From the human T2T-CHM13v2.0 reference genome, Homo sapiens: a DNA stretch of 64,000 nt. This document shows positions 50,766 to 64,000 of the stretch, in pieces. The stretch lies in the NCBI GenBank assembly GCA_009914755.4, contig CP068257.2, positions 23,296,001-23,360,000 of the forward strand, read 5' to 3'. Position numbers and translations under genes: made by a program. Numbering within the stretch: the stretch's first letter is position 1; each line of letters begins with the position of its first letter. A model generated the notes under the pieces. That model did no database searches. It was given only the letters and a program-made list of their open reading frames with translations, and was not told where the DNA came from.

Positions 50766-51035
50766 AAGTGGTGAGGGTTGGAGTGGGGAGGGTTGGAGTG
50801 GTGAGGGATGGAGTGGCGAGGATTGGAGTGGCGAGGGCTGGAGTGGCGAGGGATGGAGTGGCGTGGGTTGGAGTGGCGAGGGCTGGAGTGGCGAGGGATG
50901 GAGTGGCGTGGGTTGGAGTGGGGAGGGTTGGAGTGGGGAGAGCTGGAGTGGTGAGGGTTGGAGTGGTGAGGGATGGAGTGGTGAGGGTTGGAGTATTGAG
51001 GCTTGGAGTAGTGAGAGTTGGAGTGGTGAGGGTTG
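50766..51035. repeat. 15-bp G-rich minisatellite, ~18 tandem copies (unit ~GGAGTGGYGAGGGWT), with an exactly duplicated 45-bp higher-order unit
   Basis: tggtgagggttggagtggggagggttggagtggtgagggatggagtggcgaggattggagtggcgagggctggagtggcgagggatggagtggcgtgggttggagtggcgagggctggagtggcgagggatggagtggcgtgggttggagt… The 45-mer 'ggagtggcgagggctggagtggcgagggatggagtggcgtgggtt' occurs twice back-to-back (50825-50914). ORF-track entries 50711-51295(-), 50718-51062(-), 50761-51066(+) and 50768-51046(+) are translations of this repeat. Confidence 0.95.
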
Positions 51036-52129
51036 TAATTTCTTGATTCCGGGCTTAGCCAACTGACTTCCTCTGGCCAGTGAAATATTGGCAGATATAA
51101 CACAAGTAGAAGTTTTAAAAAGGCTTGTAAGCCCAGGCTTGCTTGCACTTGCCCTGTGCTCTTGCTATGATAATATATATGCTTCGCTTTGCTTCCTGGT
51201 CCCAGAAAAAGATGAAAGTCATACAGAACAGAGCCAAATGGTCCCAGTTGCCCCAGATGAGGCCAGTCTACACTAGCCAACAGCCTCCAACCCAAAGATG
51301 TATGAGTGACCCCAGCTAAGATCAGCCAAACTTTGCCCTCATAACTAGAAAGCTATCATAATAAATGATTGTTGTTTCAAGCAGTGAGTTTTGGAGATGG
51401 CTTACACAGCAATAGCCAACTCACACAGTGATGATATGATCTCCCAGATCAAAATGTTATTCTGTAGACATGAAGAGAAAATGAAGCAGCTGACTCTGGG
51501 AAATGAAAGGAAAAACAAAGCTGTTCTGAGAATGTTTTTTGGGGATTCTGTCCCTCATGGGTTTGCAGTAAAAATGATCATGCTACAAATACTGAGAGTA
51601 GTTTTGTCCCACAGTTTATAAGTTACACTGCACACTCATATTAATTTTTTCATGTGAAGGTCAAAAAATACTTAGTAGATGGGGCACATATTTCCATATA
51701 CTTTTTCATAAGTAGATGCACTCCCATAGAGCTAAATGCAGGGCTTGTCAACTCTAGTGCCTTTCCCCATTTCTGACTTGCCCTGCTACATTTTCATACA
51801 ATAGAGTGTCACTAAGGAGAGCAGAGCAGATAACCCAAGTGACAATGACAAATCACACAGTGCTATCACACAATAGTAGGAAAAAAAATGTTGCATTTCT
51901 GAAGACTGGACAAAGTGAACTCGTCCAAGTTCATAGCACAAGCAAAACTCACTTTTTAAGAGTCACTTGGAAATCATTTTCCAACATAAACACTGAGCAT
52001 CATCCTGAATGCTATCCTAAACCAGGTTCCCCAGGCACTGTGTGCTTTATGCCCCTCTAAATGCAATTTATGGTTGCAAAAAAATCTGGAGTCAAGTAGT
52101 TAACAAGGTCTCTGAGTGTTAATATAATA

Positions 52130-52424
52130 GCCCTTGCTAGGCCAGGTGCGGTGGCTCACACCTGTAATCCCAAAACTTTGGGAGGCTGAGGCAGGCAGAT
52201 CACCTGAGGTCAGGAGTTCCAGACCAGCCTGCCAACATGGAGAAACCCCATCTGTACTAAAACTACAAAATTAGCTGGTCGTGGTGGCAGGTGCCTGTAA
52301 TCCCAGCTACTCAGGAGGCTGAGGCAGGAGAATCGCTTGAACCTGGGAGGCGGAGGTTGCAGTGAGCCAAGATTGTGCCAGCCTGGGCAACAAGAGCAAA
52401 ACTCCATCAAAAAAAAAAAAAAAA
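52130..52424 (+). mobile_element. Alu SINE (sense) with TSD 'agcccttgcta'
   Basis: ggccaggtgcggtggctcacacctgtaatcccaaaactttgggaggctgaggc… followed by poly-A. Direct repeats at 52119-52129 and 52428-52438. Confidence 0.95.
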
Positions 52425-52754
52425 GAAAGCCCTTGCTATAGCTTTTCTGTTGTTGTAGAAAGTCTCATCAATATTCTATCAGTAACTTACTGCCAAGTCA
52501 TTTTTACCTATAGCAGCAAGTCAGTCCAAATGACTCCAGGAAGTTTCCCTTGTGTGAAAGTCAATGAATCTATCTCCACTTCTTGGAGACAGGAACCAGT
52601 CAGAATAATAAAAAATAAAAGCAAAAATAAAATCTTCCAAAAAAGTTGTAGGCAAAATAAAACAATAAGGATCCCAAAAACAAATGGAATCCCAAATAAA
52701 TACATAAATATTTCTTAAGAAATAATTAATTTTAAACATTAAAAAAGGAAATAA

Positions 52755-53070
52755 GGCCGGGTGTGGTGGCTCACTCCTGTAATCCCAGCACTTTGGGAGG
52801 CTGAGGTGGGCAGATCATGAGGTCAGGAGTTCGAGACAAGCCTGACCAACATGGTGAAACCCTGTCTCTACCAAAAATACAAAAATTAGCCAGGCATGGT
52901 GGTAGGCACCTGTAATCCCAGCTACTCAGGAGGCTGAGGCAGGAGAATCGCTTGAACCTGGGAGGTGTGCACTCCAACCTAGGCAACAGAGTGAGACTCC
53001 GTCAACAAAAAAAACGAAAAAAGAAAAGAGAAAGAAAAAAAAAGAAAAACAACAAAACCTAAAAAAATTA
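52755..53070 (+). mobile_element. Alu SINE (sense) with internal deletion and long A-rich tail
   Basis: ggccgggtgtggtggctcactcctgtaatcccagcactttgggaggctgaggtgggcagatcatgaggtcaggagttcgagac… The 3' part is shortened. The tail is aaaaaaaacgaaaaaagaaaagagaaagaaaaaaaaagaaaaacaacaaaacc. Confidence 0.9.
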
Positions 53071-53559
53071 AAAGGAGGGAATTAAATGTATATGTCTCTT
53101 CTTTTGCCAGGTAATCCATTCATCAAATATGTATGAATTTTGAGGTAGATAATTTTGTGTAATTTTCTCAGTGTTTTCTTTTTTTGAAAACAGAATCAGC
53201 TGTGTGCTGAATATTTTTGTGTAATACATATTTTACCTTTGAGTATGGGCTATTTGATTATTATTCAAGTATAATTGAAACAACCTCATTGTCTGTGGTA
53301 AATACCAAGGTTCTTGGCCTCACAGCCAAGGAGATCGAGGTCACAGACACACACAGGCAGAGTGAGTTTTGGAGCAGGAGTTTAGTAAGCAAAAGGAAAG
53401 AACAGCTCTTCATTACAGAGAGGGATCTGGAGCGGGGTTGCTGGGTGGTAGAAAAAATATCAGGGGTTTCATAAATGGGCTAGGGAGAGGGGGCTGTTGA
53501 GAAGGGGATGTCTTAAGAATAATTCCCTCAATAAACGGCTTCTTCTCCCTCAAACCCAA

Positions 53560-54300
53560 AGAATAGGAAGCTATCCAGGAGAGAACTGGCAATTAGTCCA
53601 CCCACATGCCGAAGACAAAGCGCATCCAATACTTCCTAGCGTGGGTAGATATTTTCACTAATTGGGTAGAAGCATTTCCATGCCGTACAGAAAGCGCCTC
53701 TGAAGTAATAAAAGTGCTAGTTAATGAAATAACTCCCCGCTTTGGCCTACCTAAGTATCTCCGAAGCGACAACGGCCCCTCATTTAAAGCAGCTGTCATC
53801 CAGGAGGTCTCAAAGGCACTAGGCATACAGTGCCATCTCCATTGTGCTTGGAGGCCCCGGTCCTCAGGAAAGGCAGAGAAAACAAACATTATCAAAAGAC
53901 ACCTCAGAAAACTGTCCCAGGAAACTCAACTTCCTTGAGTCTTTCTTCTTCCCATAGCTTTACTACGAGTAAGAAATACCCCTTCAAAGTTAGGCCTGAG
54001 CCCTCTCGATATACTGTAGGGATGGCCTTTCCTTACAAATGACTTCCTATTAGATCAGGAAACCTCCGAATTAGTTAAGCACGTAACCTCCCTGGCTCAT
54101 TTCCAACAGGAATTAACACAACTAGCAGAGGCCCAACACAAGGAAACAGGACCACCTCTATTTAACCCAGGAGATTTGGTACTGGTGAAGTCTCTTCCTT
54201 CTCTCTCCTGTCTTTAAACCCGAGTTGGGAGGGGCCTTAAACCGTTCTTCTCTCCACCCTCTTGACAATAAAAGTTACCTGAATCTACTCCTGGATACAT
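53560..54300 (+). pseudogene. Endogenous retrovirus (class I, gamma-like) pol remnant, integrase region; 5'-truncated provirus
   Basis: ORF 53606-53938 (MPKTKRIQYFLAWVDIFTNWVEAFPCRTESASEVIKVLVNEITPRFGLPKYLRSDNGPSFKAAVIQEVSKALGIQCHLHCAWRPRSSGKAEKTNIIKRHL…) aligns to the gammaretroviral integrase catalytic core (…KYLLVxVDTFSGWVEAFP…FGxPxxLxSDNGPAF…LGIxxxLHCAYRPQSSGQVERMN…). Upstream is 'YPGENWQ' in another frame, and downstream IN-like sequence has frameshifts and stops. Confidence 0.8.
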
Positions 54301-54634
54301 CACACTTGAGTTAAAGCTTGGAAAACTGAGGGAAAAGTCCCTGACAGCCCAGAAAAACGCCCTGAATATCACTGTGAACAAATAGAGGATCTCAAGCTGA
54401 GAACAACCAAAGGTAAGTAAATGAATGAGGGCTACTCATTCCACATAGCCCCCTCTTTGCCTTACCAAATCCTCTCAGTTATTTCCACCTTTCCCCTTGA
54501 ACTTCGCCGCCAGACATTACAACTCTTCTTTGATGCATACTTGCAGGGAGATTTTGACTATCCTTGGGAGTACGTTTGTAAGTTCATAGACCTACAAGGG
54601 GAAATTGTATATTCTGGCAAATGGTAAATAAATT

Positions 54635-56596
<1,962 letters not shown>

Positions 56597-56599
56597 CTA

Positions 56600-57645
56600 T
56601 ATGCTGAACCTCCTTGTAAAGTTCATCTCTTCTTGCCTAGAAACCATCTAGTTTCAAATGGTGCTGCAAATGGAGCTGAAAATGAAACTGTCCTTCTAAA
56701 ATGAAACCGCCCTTCTACCGGGGACCCTTAAATTGATCCCTGGAGGAGCCCTAATTGCTGGTCCCCACACAATACCCCTCTCCAGCAGGAAGTGGCCAGA
56801 AGAAGTCGTCACCCAATTCCCCCTAACAGCAGTTAGGGATCCCATTGCAGAGGGGAGAAATATGTTATAGGAGACAAAAAGAAATTATTTAGGTAGACAG
56901 GGTAAAGCGAGTCCCCGGCAGGAAACTTTCCTTTTAACAAAAAGCAGCTCAAACAGAGCTCCCTTTCTAACCTCATGCAGTTCAAGGATGCCACTTCTCT
57001 TCTAACAACAAGCAGCCTGAAAGAGCAGACAACAAAACACAGATAAGACAGCTGGGGCACAGAAGGAGGGGGGAAGGTCTCCTGGATAATCACCAAACTT
57101 CACATTTATACCATGGGTCCCAGTAAAACAGTGGGCTGTAATAAGCACATTCCTTTCCCTTTAGGTGCACTAAGATAGGGAAGCTAAAAGCAGATTTGGA
57201 GGTATGCCTGCAGCTGCAGGAAGACGTATGGGAACAGACAGAAACTCTCCCTCCCACGTAAGCAAGACAAAGAGACACAGACTAAAAGTTGGCCTATGTG
57301 GTCCGGGAATGGAGTGGGAACTGATAAAACAAACAAACAAACAAACAAAAACTCTGCTCTATACAGATAGCATACCTGGCTCAACTGAACCTTTGGGCAC
57401 CCAGGAGGATAAGACACCCCCTTCTCAACAGCCCCCTTCTCACTAGACCATTTATAAAAACCCTGGCATTTTTACTGCCACCCAGCAACCCACTCAGGAC
57501 CCCTCTCTGTAACGGAAAGCTGTTCTTTCCTTTTGCCTGTTAAACTCCTGCTCCGAACTCACTGTGTCTGTGTGTGTGTCCATGACCTCTGTCTCCTTCA
57601 CTGTGAGACCAAAAACCTTGGTAGTATTTACCCCAGACGACGAAG
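56600..57645 (+). mobile_element. ERV post-env region and putative 3' LTR (class I HERV; family not assigned)
   Basis: Purine-rich tract 'cagaaggaggggggaagg' (~57060-57079) is a candidate PPT. Downstream is a TATA-like 'tttataaaaaccc' (57452) and an R/U5-like segment ending …ggtagtatttacccca. No matching 5' LTR is present in the window. Boundaries are uncertain. Confidence 0.4.
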
Positions 57646-58027
57646 CTGCTTTATAATTATGTTCTTGTAAAGCATTTCTGAAAATGTTATTGCTCCAAAT
57701 TGTAAAATTGCAAGTTTAATATTAAAAGAAAATAAAACAAAAATTACGTTTTTTCTAATGCCTTCAACTCCTAAATAACCTGAATCGAAGTTACCAGGGA
57801 GGTTTTTAGTATTATTAAATACTAGATACTGCCAATTAAAATGAATCCTATATTGCTATATAAAATGAACTTCTGCTGTTTTTTAATATTCTTTGGACAA
57901 TAATCCACCCATGGCACATTTCAAAAAGTAACTCTGACATAAAAATAGGAAAGTTCTCTACCAGAACATAAAGTTACATCTCTCTTTGATAACAGACTAC
58001 TTGTAGATTTAGTTTTGTTTTGTTTTT

Positions 58028-58548
58028 TGTTTCTTTTATACTTCAAGTTCTGGGGTACATGTGCACAATGTGCAGGTTTGTTACATAGGTATACATGTGC
58101 CATGTTGGTTTGCTGCATCCATCAACTCGTCATTTACATTATGTATTTCTCCCAATGCTATCCCTCCCCTAGTCCCCCACCCCTGACAGGCCCCGGTGTG
58201 TGATGTTCCCCTCCCTGTGTCCATGCGTTCTCATTGTTAAACTCCCACTTATGAGTGAGAACATGCTTGGTTTTCTGTCCTTGTGATAGTTTGCTGAGAA
58301 TGATGGTTTCCAGCTTCATCCATGTCCCTGCAAAGGACATGAACTCATCCTTTTTTATGGCTGCATAGTATTCCATGGTGTGTATGTGCCACATTTTCTT
58401 TATCCAGTCTATTATTGATGGATATTTGGGTTGGTTCCAAGTCTTTGCTATTGTGAATAGTGCCACAGTAAACATACGTGTGCATGTGTCTTTATAGTAG
58501 CATGATTTATAAATCCTTTGGGTATATACCCAGTAATGGGATTGCTGG
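58028..58548 (-). mobile_element. LINE-1 3' end (antisense), L1PA/L1PB-like
   Basis: ttcaagttctggggtacatgtgcacaatgtgcaggtttgttacataggtatacatgtgccatgttggtttgctgcatccatcaac…ctttgggtatatacccagtaatgggattgctgg. Minus-strand ORF 58158-58475 is the L1 ORF2 C-terminus (…FTIAKTWNQPKYPSIIDWIKKMWHIHTMEYYAAIKKDEFMSFAGTWMKLETIILSKLSQGQKTKH…). Confidence 0.9.
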
Positions 58549-58934
58549 AAGAAAGAAGGGGGATCAATAGGGAAAAGTTCAATCCTAATACATGTAATCC
58601 TTTAGTCAATTACATGTATGTGGCTAAGGACAACTTGGTTCTTTTGAGTGGCAGAGCAATATTATATCACCTAACAATTGAATGACACACAATGGATAAA
58701 ACATGTGTGATATATATACATACATCTAAAATCACTTTTCCTCCCAGAAAGGGAAAAAGTTACAAGTCACATAAATACAAAAATGCATTTATTTCAGAGA
58801 CTTTTAAAACATTTATCCTAAAGACAAAAAAAAAAAAAAACCACAGAAATACCTGAAACAATCATATAGATCTCAACCCCTCCCAGACAATGACAACACC
58901 TAAAATTGTTTCATGATTGAAGTTACCTGTCATT

Positions 58935-59271
<337 letters not shown>

Positions 59272-59796
59272 TTACCTGTCATCTGAATGTTATATATCTA
59301 TGTTATACATTTACTATATTTTGTATTCGTGTTTAATCATGAACACATTCTACTAAATATGAGAAAGATTCTGTATGATTCTGGATCCTGCCCTAAGAAC
59401 AGTGTATCCTCAAATAACAGTCCTGCTTGTGCACTTATCTTCTCACTCTGTAGCCATTTCTAATAAAGCCACTAACTTTGCTCTTTAGATTAGAATTTAC
59501 CCACATGATTCTTGAGATCAGTGCTACCTATAGTTCACCTAGGAATGTTCCATCCTTAGTCATCCAGGAAAGTCCATAAAAACTGTCAATTAACAGTTTA
59601 GTCACAATGTGATACCAAAAAATCCCATCATTAGAAACCAATTTGCAAGGTGGGCTCTGATTTTCCTACTCAAAAATGACAGGCAAAAAAAAAAAATTTA
59701 CTTTAATTATTTTCGGACTAGGATCTGAGGTGAGAAATCACCTCTGTACTTTTGCCCAGGATCATCTGGAGATAGAAACCACAAGGAAAGCAGAAA

Positions 59797-60197
59797 CTTC
59801 CCCCACCATCCCTCCACCACAAGTCCTATGGTCTGTTTTAACCAGACCAGCCAGCCCTGTTTTACTCTATCTGAGTAAAGTTGTGTTTAAAGAAAATAAT
59901 TCATTGGTTAAAAAAATAAATAAAATGACTAACTTAGTTCAAGTCTTAATATTAAATATTAAGCTTAGTTCAGTTCTGAACATTAAAATATTAGGCTTCC
60001 CCCACCATCCCTCCACCACAAGTCCTATGGTCTGTTTTAACCAAACCAGCCAGCCCTGTTTTACTCTATCTGAGTAAAGTTGTGTTTAAAAAAAATAATT
60101 CATTGGTTAAAAAAATAAATAAAATGACTAACTTAGTTCAAGTCTTAATATTAAATATTAACCTTAGTTCAATTCTTAATATTAAAATATTAGGCTT
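59797..60197. repeat. ~199-bp tandem duplication, 2 copies at ~97% identity
   Basis: Copy 1 is 59797-59995 and copy 2 is 59996-60197. Both read cttcccccaccatccctccaccacaagtcctatggtctgttttaacca(g/a)accagccagccctgttttactctatctgagtaaagttgtgtttaaa…taaaatgactaacttagttcaagtcttaatattaaatattaa(g/c)cttagttca…attaaaatattaggctt. Confidence 0.95.
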
Positions 60198-62133
60198 AGA
60201 ATGGTTATAAATATATAAACCTTTTATCACTGGAGAATGAAAATTAAAGAAGTAACACAATTTTTCCTGATTAAATTTATAAAAATTATCTTGTTTGAAT
60301 GTCTAATCTTCTACTTCCGTTTCTAAGTATAAATTTTACATAGACACCTATAGAATTCAATCAATTAAAATTTAAATTAAAAAATATAGGCTACTTTATG
60401 GTTTTGTTTGGTGATTTAATTACTTCAGTCAGTATTTATTAACTTGGCTTTTATTTCACCATATCAATATTTACCAGCTGAGTTTTAACTTCGGTTATAT
60501 AAGTATCTATAATACATTTAAAATATTCGCTAGAATAGAGTGGTATAGTGGACACTGAAGACTCAGAAGAGGACAAGGGTGATGAGTAAGGAATGAAAAA
60601 ATACCTATTGGGTACAATGTGCACCATTTGGGTGTCAGATACGCTCAAAGCTCAGACTTTATCACTGTATAATTCTTTCAGGTAACCAAAAACCACTTGT
60701 ACCCCTAAAACTATTAAAATGTGTTTTAAAGTATATCATAAATACAAAAAAAATAATAAAATAAAATATTCTCTAGGTATAAAATGTTCAATAAAGTGTT
60801 AGAATTAGGGTAAAACAGACAAAAATGGAAATGGGCAAATTGTAAAGATCAGACAGACTCATCAGAGAACAGTAGGTGGCTAGGACATACTGAAGAAAGA
60901 GGCGTAACAGTAAAATTTTGAAAGTCAAAATCCAACATAGATTGGCAAGTCAATTCTCACATTTTTGATGAAAAGAGAAATAATTACCATGGCAGTACAA
61001 TAGTAAAACAATGTCGATGAGTGCTTAGTGGGATCTTGCCAAAGTTAAAGTGTAGCTCCGTATTTTTATTTTTCTGTTTTCAACTTTATAGTGGCTTTAT
61101 ATGAAACTTAAAACGCAGAGTCCTTGACCAATTTCTGCATGGCCCTACTTTTCTGACATCATTGCACTCTTTTTTTTTCTTTTTTTTCTTTTTTCTTTTT
61201 TTTGGCACATATATAGTTTGCTTTCATACTAGAATGTAAGTTCCCTGAGGCAGGGACTCACGCACTCCTGGCTTGTTCGCTCCCTCTGTCCCCAGCCTGA
61301 CACCTAAGTGTCTTTAAAAATGTTCGTTGACTATCAACATAATTGACTGGCTATTGGAATCATGCAGCACTGGAAAGCCAAGTTATAGGATGATTGATTT
61401 ATCGAGCATTTACTCAGAGAATGGAGGCTGGACAGTCTGAGGTATATTTTTTTAGTTCACTCTTTTTAGCAAATAATTTTTGAACTTATGCTTTTTACTT
61501 ACCCATTTATTTCTTCATTTACAAAACATAGGATGAGAACTTATCATGTGCTAGGAACTATTTTAGGTGCTGAGAGTAAATATTTTAATCACAACAGATA
61601 AGAACTCTCTTCTCATAGACTTGGTATTTATTTTTGTTTTCTGTCCTTTTCTTTTTCCTCTTTATTTTATTTTTTGGCATGTAGAGAAAGAATCTATCTT
61701 TGCAGAGTGGAAAGTGCCAGGAAGAAACTAAAACTAATTAATATTATAGAGACTGACTTACCCTTCTCACTCCAATGCTGAGTGGCATCTCAAGGAAGTA
61801 ACATTTGAATCGAATTTCAAGACAAGAAGGAACCAGCTAAGAAATTATTTGTCAGGAAAATGTTCCAAGTGGTAACACAGCTGGTGACAAGGCCCTAAGG
61901 CAACAGCAAATGTGGAATAATCAAGGAAGAGAGGAATACTAGTTGAAATGTAGAATGGGCACTGGGGAGAAAGTTGTGAGATGAGCTGGGGAGGAAAGAG
62001 TGATTTATATGCCCTGGTCAGACATTTCAAGTTCATTCTACATGAAATGAAACACCACTGGAGCATTTTAAGTGGAAGAATGATGTAATACAGATTGCAT
62101 TTTAAAAGATAATTTTGTTGCTAGGTAAGGAGT

Positions 62134-62505
62134 TGATATGGTTTGGCTATGTCCCCAACCAAATCTCATCTTGAATTGTAGCTCCCATGATTCCCATATG
62201 TTATGGGAGGGACCTGGTAGGAGATCATTGAATTATGGGGGCAGTTCCTCCATACTGTCTCATGAATAAGACTCAGTGAGTAAGTCTCATGAGATCTGAA
62301 GGTTTTATAAGGGAAACCCCTTTCACTATGCTCTCATTCCCTCTTGCCCACCACCACATCAGAAGTCCCAATGCTCTCCCTTCGTCTTCCGCCATGATTG
62401 TGAGGCCTCCCAAGCCATGTGGAGCTGTGAATCAATTAAAGCTGTTTCTTTTATAAATTACCCAGTCTCAGGGATGTCTGCAGCATGAGACCAGACTAAT
62501 ACAAG
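62134..62505 (+). mobile_element. MaLR LTR, THE1/MST-type (sense) solo LTR
   Basis: tgatatggtttggctatgtccccaaccaaatctcatcttgaattgtagctcccatgattcccatatgttatgggagggacctggtaggagatcattgaattatggggg…ccatgattgtgaggcctcccaagccatgtggagctgtgaatcaattaaagctgtttcttttataaattacccagtctcagggatgtctgcagcatgagaccagactaatacaag follows the THE1 consensus throughout. Confidence 0.9.
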
Positions 62506-64000
62506 AGTAGACTGAGGGGAGGCAAGAGTAGAAGCAGGTAGAAAATACTAAGGCACCATGTTATTCGTTAGGACTAAGATGGAACGATTAGTGACCTACC
62601 TGCACAAAACCTACAATCTCTATGAAAAACACAACACTCTGCTCATTCTAGAAGTCTGTCACTTTAAAAACTAAAAGTGGCCTCTAGATTTTGAGAAAAT
62701 TCACCTGTGGCCATGCTTAAGGCCATAACATCTTCTCAAAATTTAGCTCTTATTTCAGGAAATAAAGTAATACATTCCTAGAATTTTCATGTAACAGGTA
62801 AAAAAAAAAATCCTGCTTTAAATTTCACTCCAATACTATAGTTGTTTTTTTCCCAAATTTCTCAATTCTTACATATATATTGGTAATATTTATTTCCTTT
62901 TCGCTAGTCTTTGCACTTAAACAAAATTTATTCTGAATTGTTATATTTAAAAATATTTACTGGGCTCACTTTTGCATTAAAAAACAATTATTACTACACA
63001 CAATAAATAATGCCTGTGGACTTTTATATACTATAAAAGACAGAATTAGTTAAAATTGCTACAAAACAAAGTCCTGAATACTTTTAATTATGTAAAACTC
63101 AGATTCTTACAATTAAGAACACTAGGTTCCCACAGAAAATGTAAGGCAATGGAATTTAAACATACGAAGAGAGAGCAAGAGAGGGATTAGCCCCATTGGA
63201 CATTAAGAAAAGAAAAAAAAAGCTCTATTGGACTTTAAGAAAAAATAAAAACAAAGGATCAACTAGGTCTTCCATGGTGGCTGGGGGAAAACCTATTTTT
63301 TTAAGGAAATGTCTGAAAGCGTATGCCTAATGCCAACACTTTTCAGAGATATCAATGAAAAGAATAGAGAAGATTTTTAGTTTCATGATATCAATGTATG
63401 AGAAAATTACAAGAGTAAAAGGGAAAATCATCTTCTCTCTCTTAGAAGAGTTGCACAATGTATAAATGGCTAAAACAATGACCTAGGAAAGAGTTTTCAA
63501 GAGAGGAACTATTGAACTTTTGAAGTTACTTTCTGATTATTATATCTTTATGACCAAAAATGTTGTGTTTAGAGAGCTATACTGTCAAATACATAATCCA
63601 GTACTAAAAGAATGGCTGTATTCCCAGAGTAGCAAAGAATCATAATATCAAAGGAGAGTAAAGATAATTCTCTTCAAGTAATAAAGTGAATTTAGATAAG
63701 CAACCAATTAGAAACAATTTTTTAAATTTATCTTTTTGACTTCAGGTTAACCTCCCTGTATATTTATTTTACCTGAGAAAAAAAATTAACATTCATTGCC
63801 ACATAAAAGCACAACTAAAATACAGTTGGAAACAGTGTGCTTTTGACAAAAGAACTATATCACTGAGTTCTAAAGACAACATTTTTCTCAAGTATGTCAA
63901 ACACATGTAATTATATTTTCATGTTTTCACATTCATAGTCAAATTATTTAGATAACTTATTTCAATAAAATATCTTCTTTTGGTAATATTGTGCTCTGTA

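Noticed and set aside
50766-51035. Regularly spaced short direct repeats that could be mistaken for a CRISPR array
   Set aside because: This is eukaryotic (human) DNA. The 'repeats' are contiguous 15-mers with no unique spacers between them. It is a minisatellite, not repeat-spacer architecture.
50711-51295. 194-aa minus-strand ORF (and three overlapping ORFs) with proline/histidine/serine-rich repeats, superficially like a repetitive low-complexity protein
   Set aside because: It is entirely a read-through of the 15-bp minisatellite. Both strands and multiple frames are open only because the repeat unit lacks stop codons. There is no start context, no flanking exon signals and no similarity to known proteins.
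53606-53938. Integrase-core ORF as a potentially functional, domesticated gene
   Set aside because: It is only 110 codons. The N-terminal zinc-binding and first catalytic-Asp regions are out of frame ('YPGENWQ' lies in another frame), and the C-terminal IN sequence downstream is interrupted by stops and frameshifts. This is typical provirus decay.

Overview
This window is primate, almost certainly human, nuclear genomic DNA, and prokaryotic gene-calling logic does not apply. It is AT-rich and contains at least 22 Alu SINEs. There are several LINE-1 fragments, including ORF1/ORF2 remnants and three antisense 3' ends. MaLR LTRs (THE1/MST- and MLT1-type) occur in both orientations. It also holds two MIR fragments, a MADE1 mariner MITE, two other DNA-transposon relics, and a 5'-truncated class-I (gamma-like) endogenous retrovirus fragment (integrase, env, 3' LTR) interrupted by an Alu. 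A 15-bp G-rich minisatellite and a few microsatellites are present. I see no convincing cellular protein-coding exon, rRNA, tRNA or CpG island. Essentially every ORF >60 aa in the supplied track is accounted for by Alu, L1, HERV or minisatellite sequence. I cannot place the locus on a chromosome without a search. The more notable observations are: an AluY with a ~50-nt homopolymer tail and perfect target-site duplications (likely very recent); a ~200-bp inverted repeat of an ancient LTR fragment at ~98.5% identity; a 199-bp recent tandem duplication; the minisatellite; and the decayed provirus that still has an integrase core ORF. I found no evidence for an undescribed biological system. Family names for some ancient repeats are from memory and subfamily assignments are uncertain.
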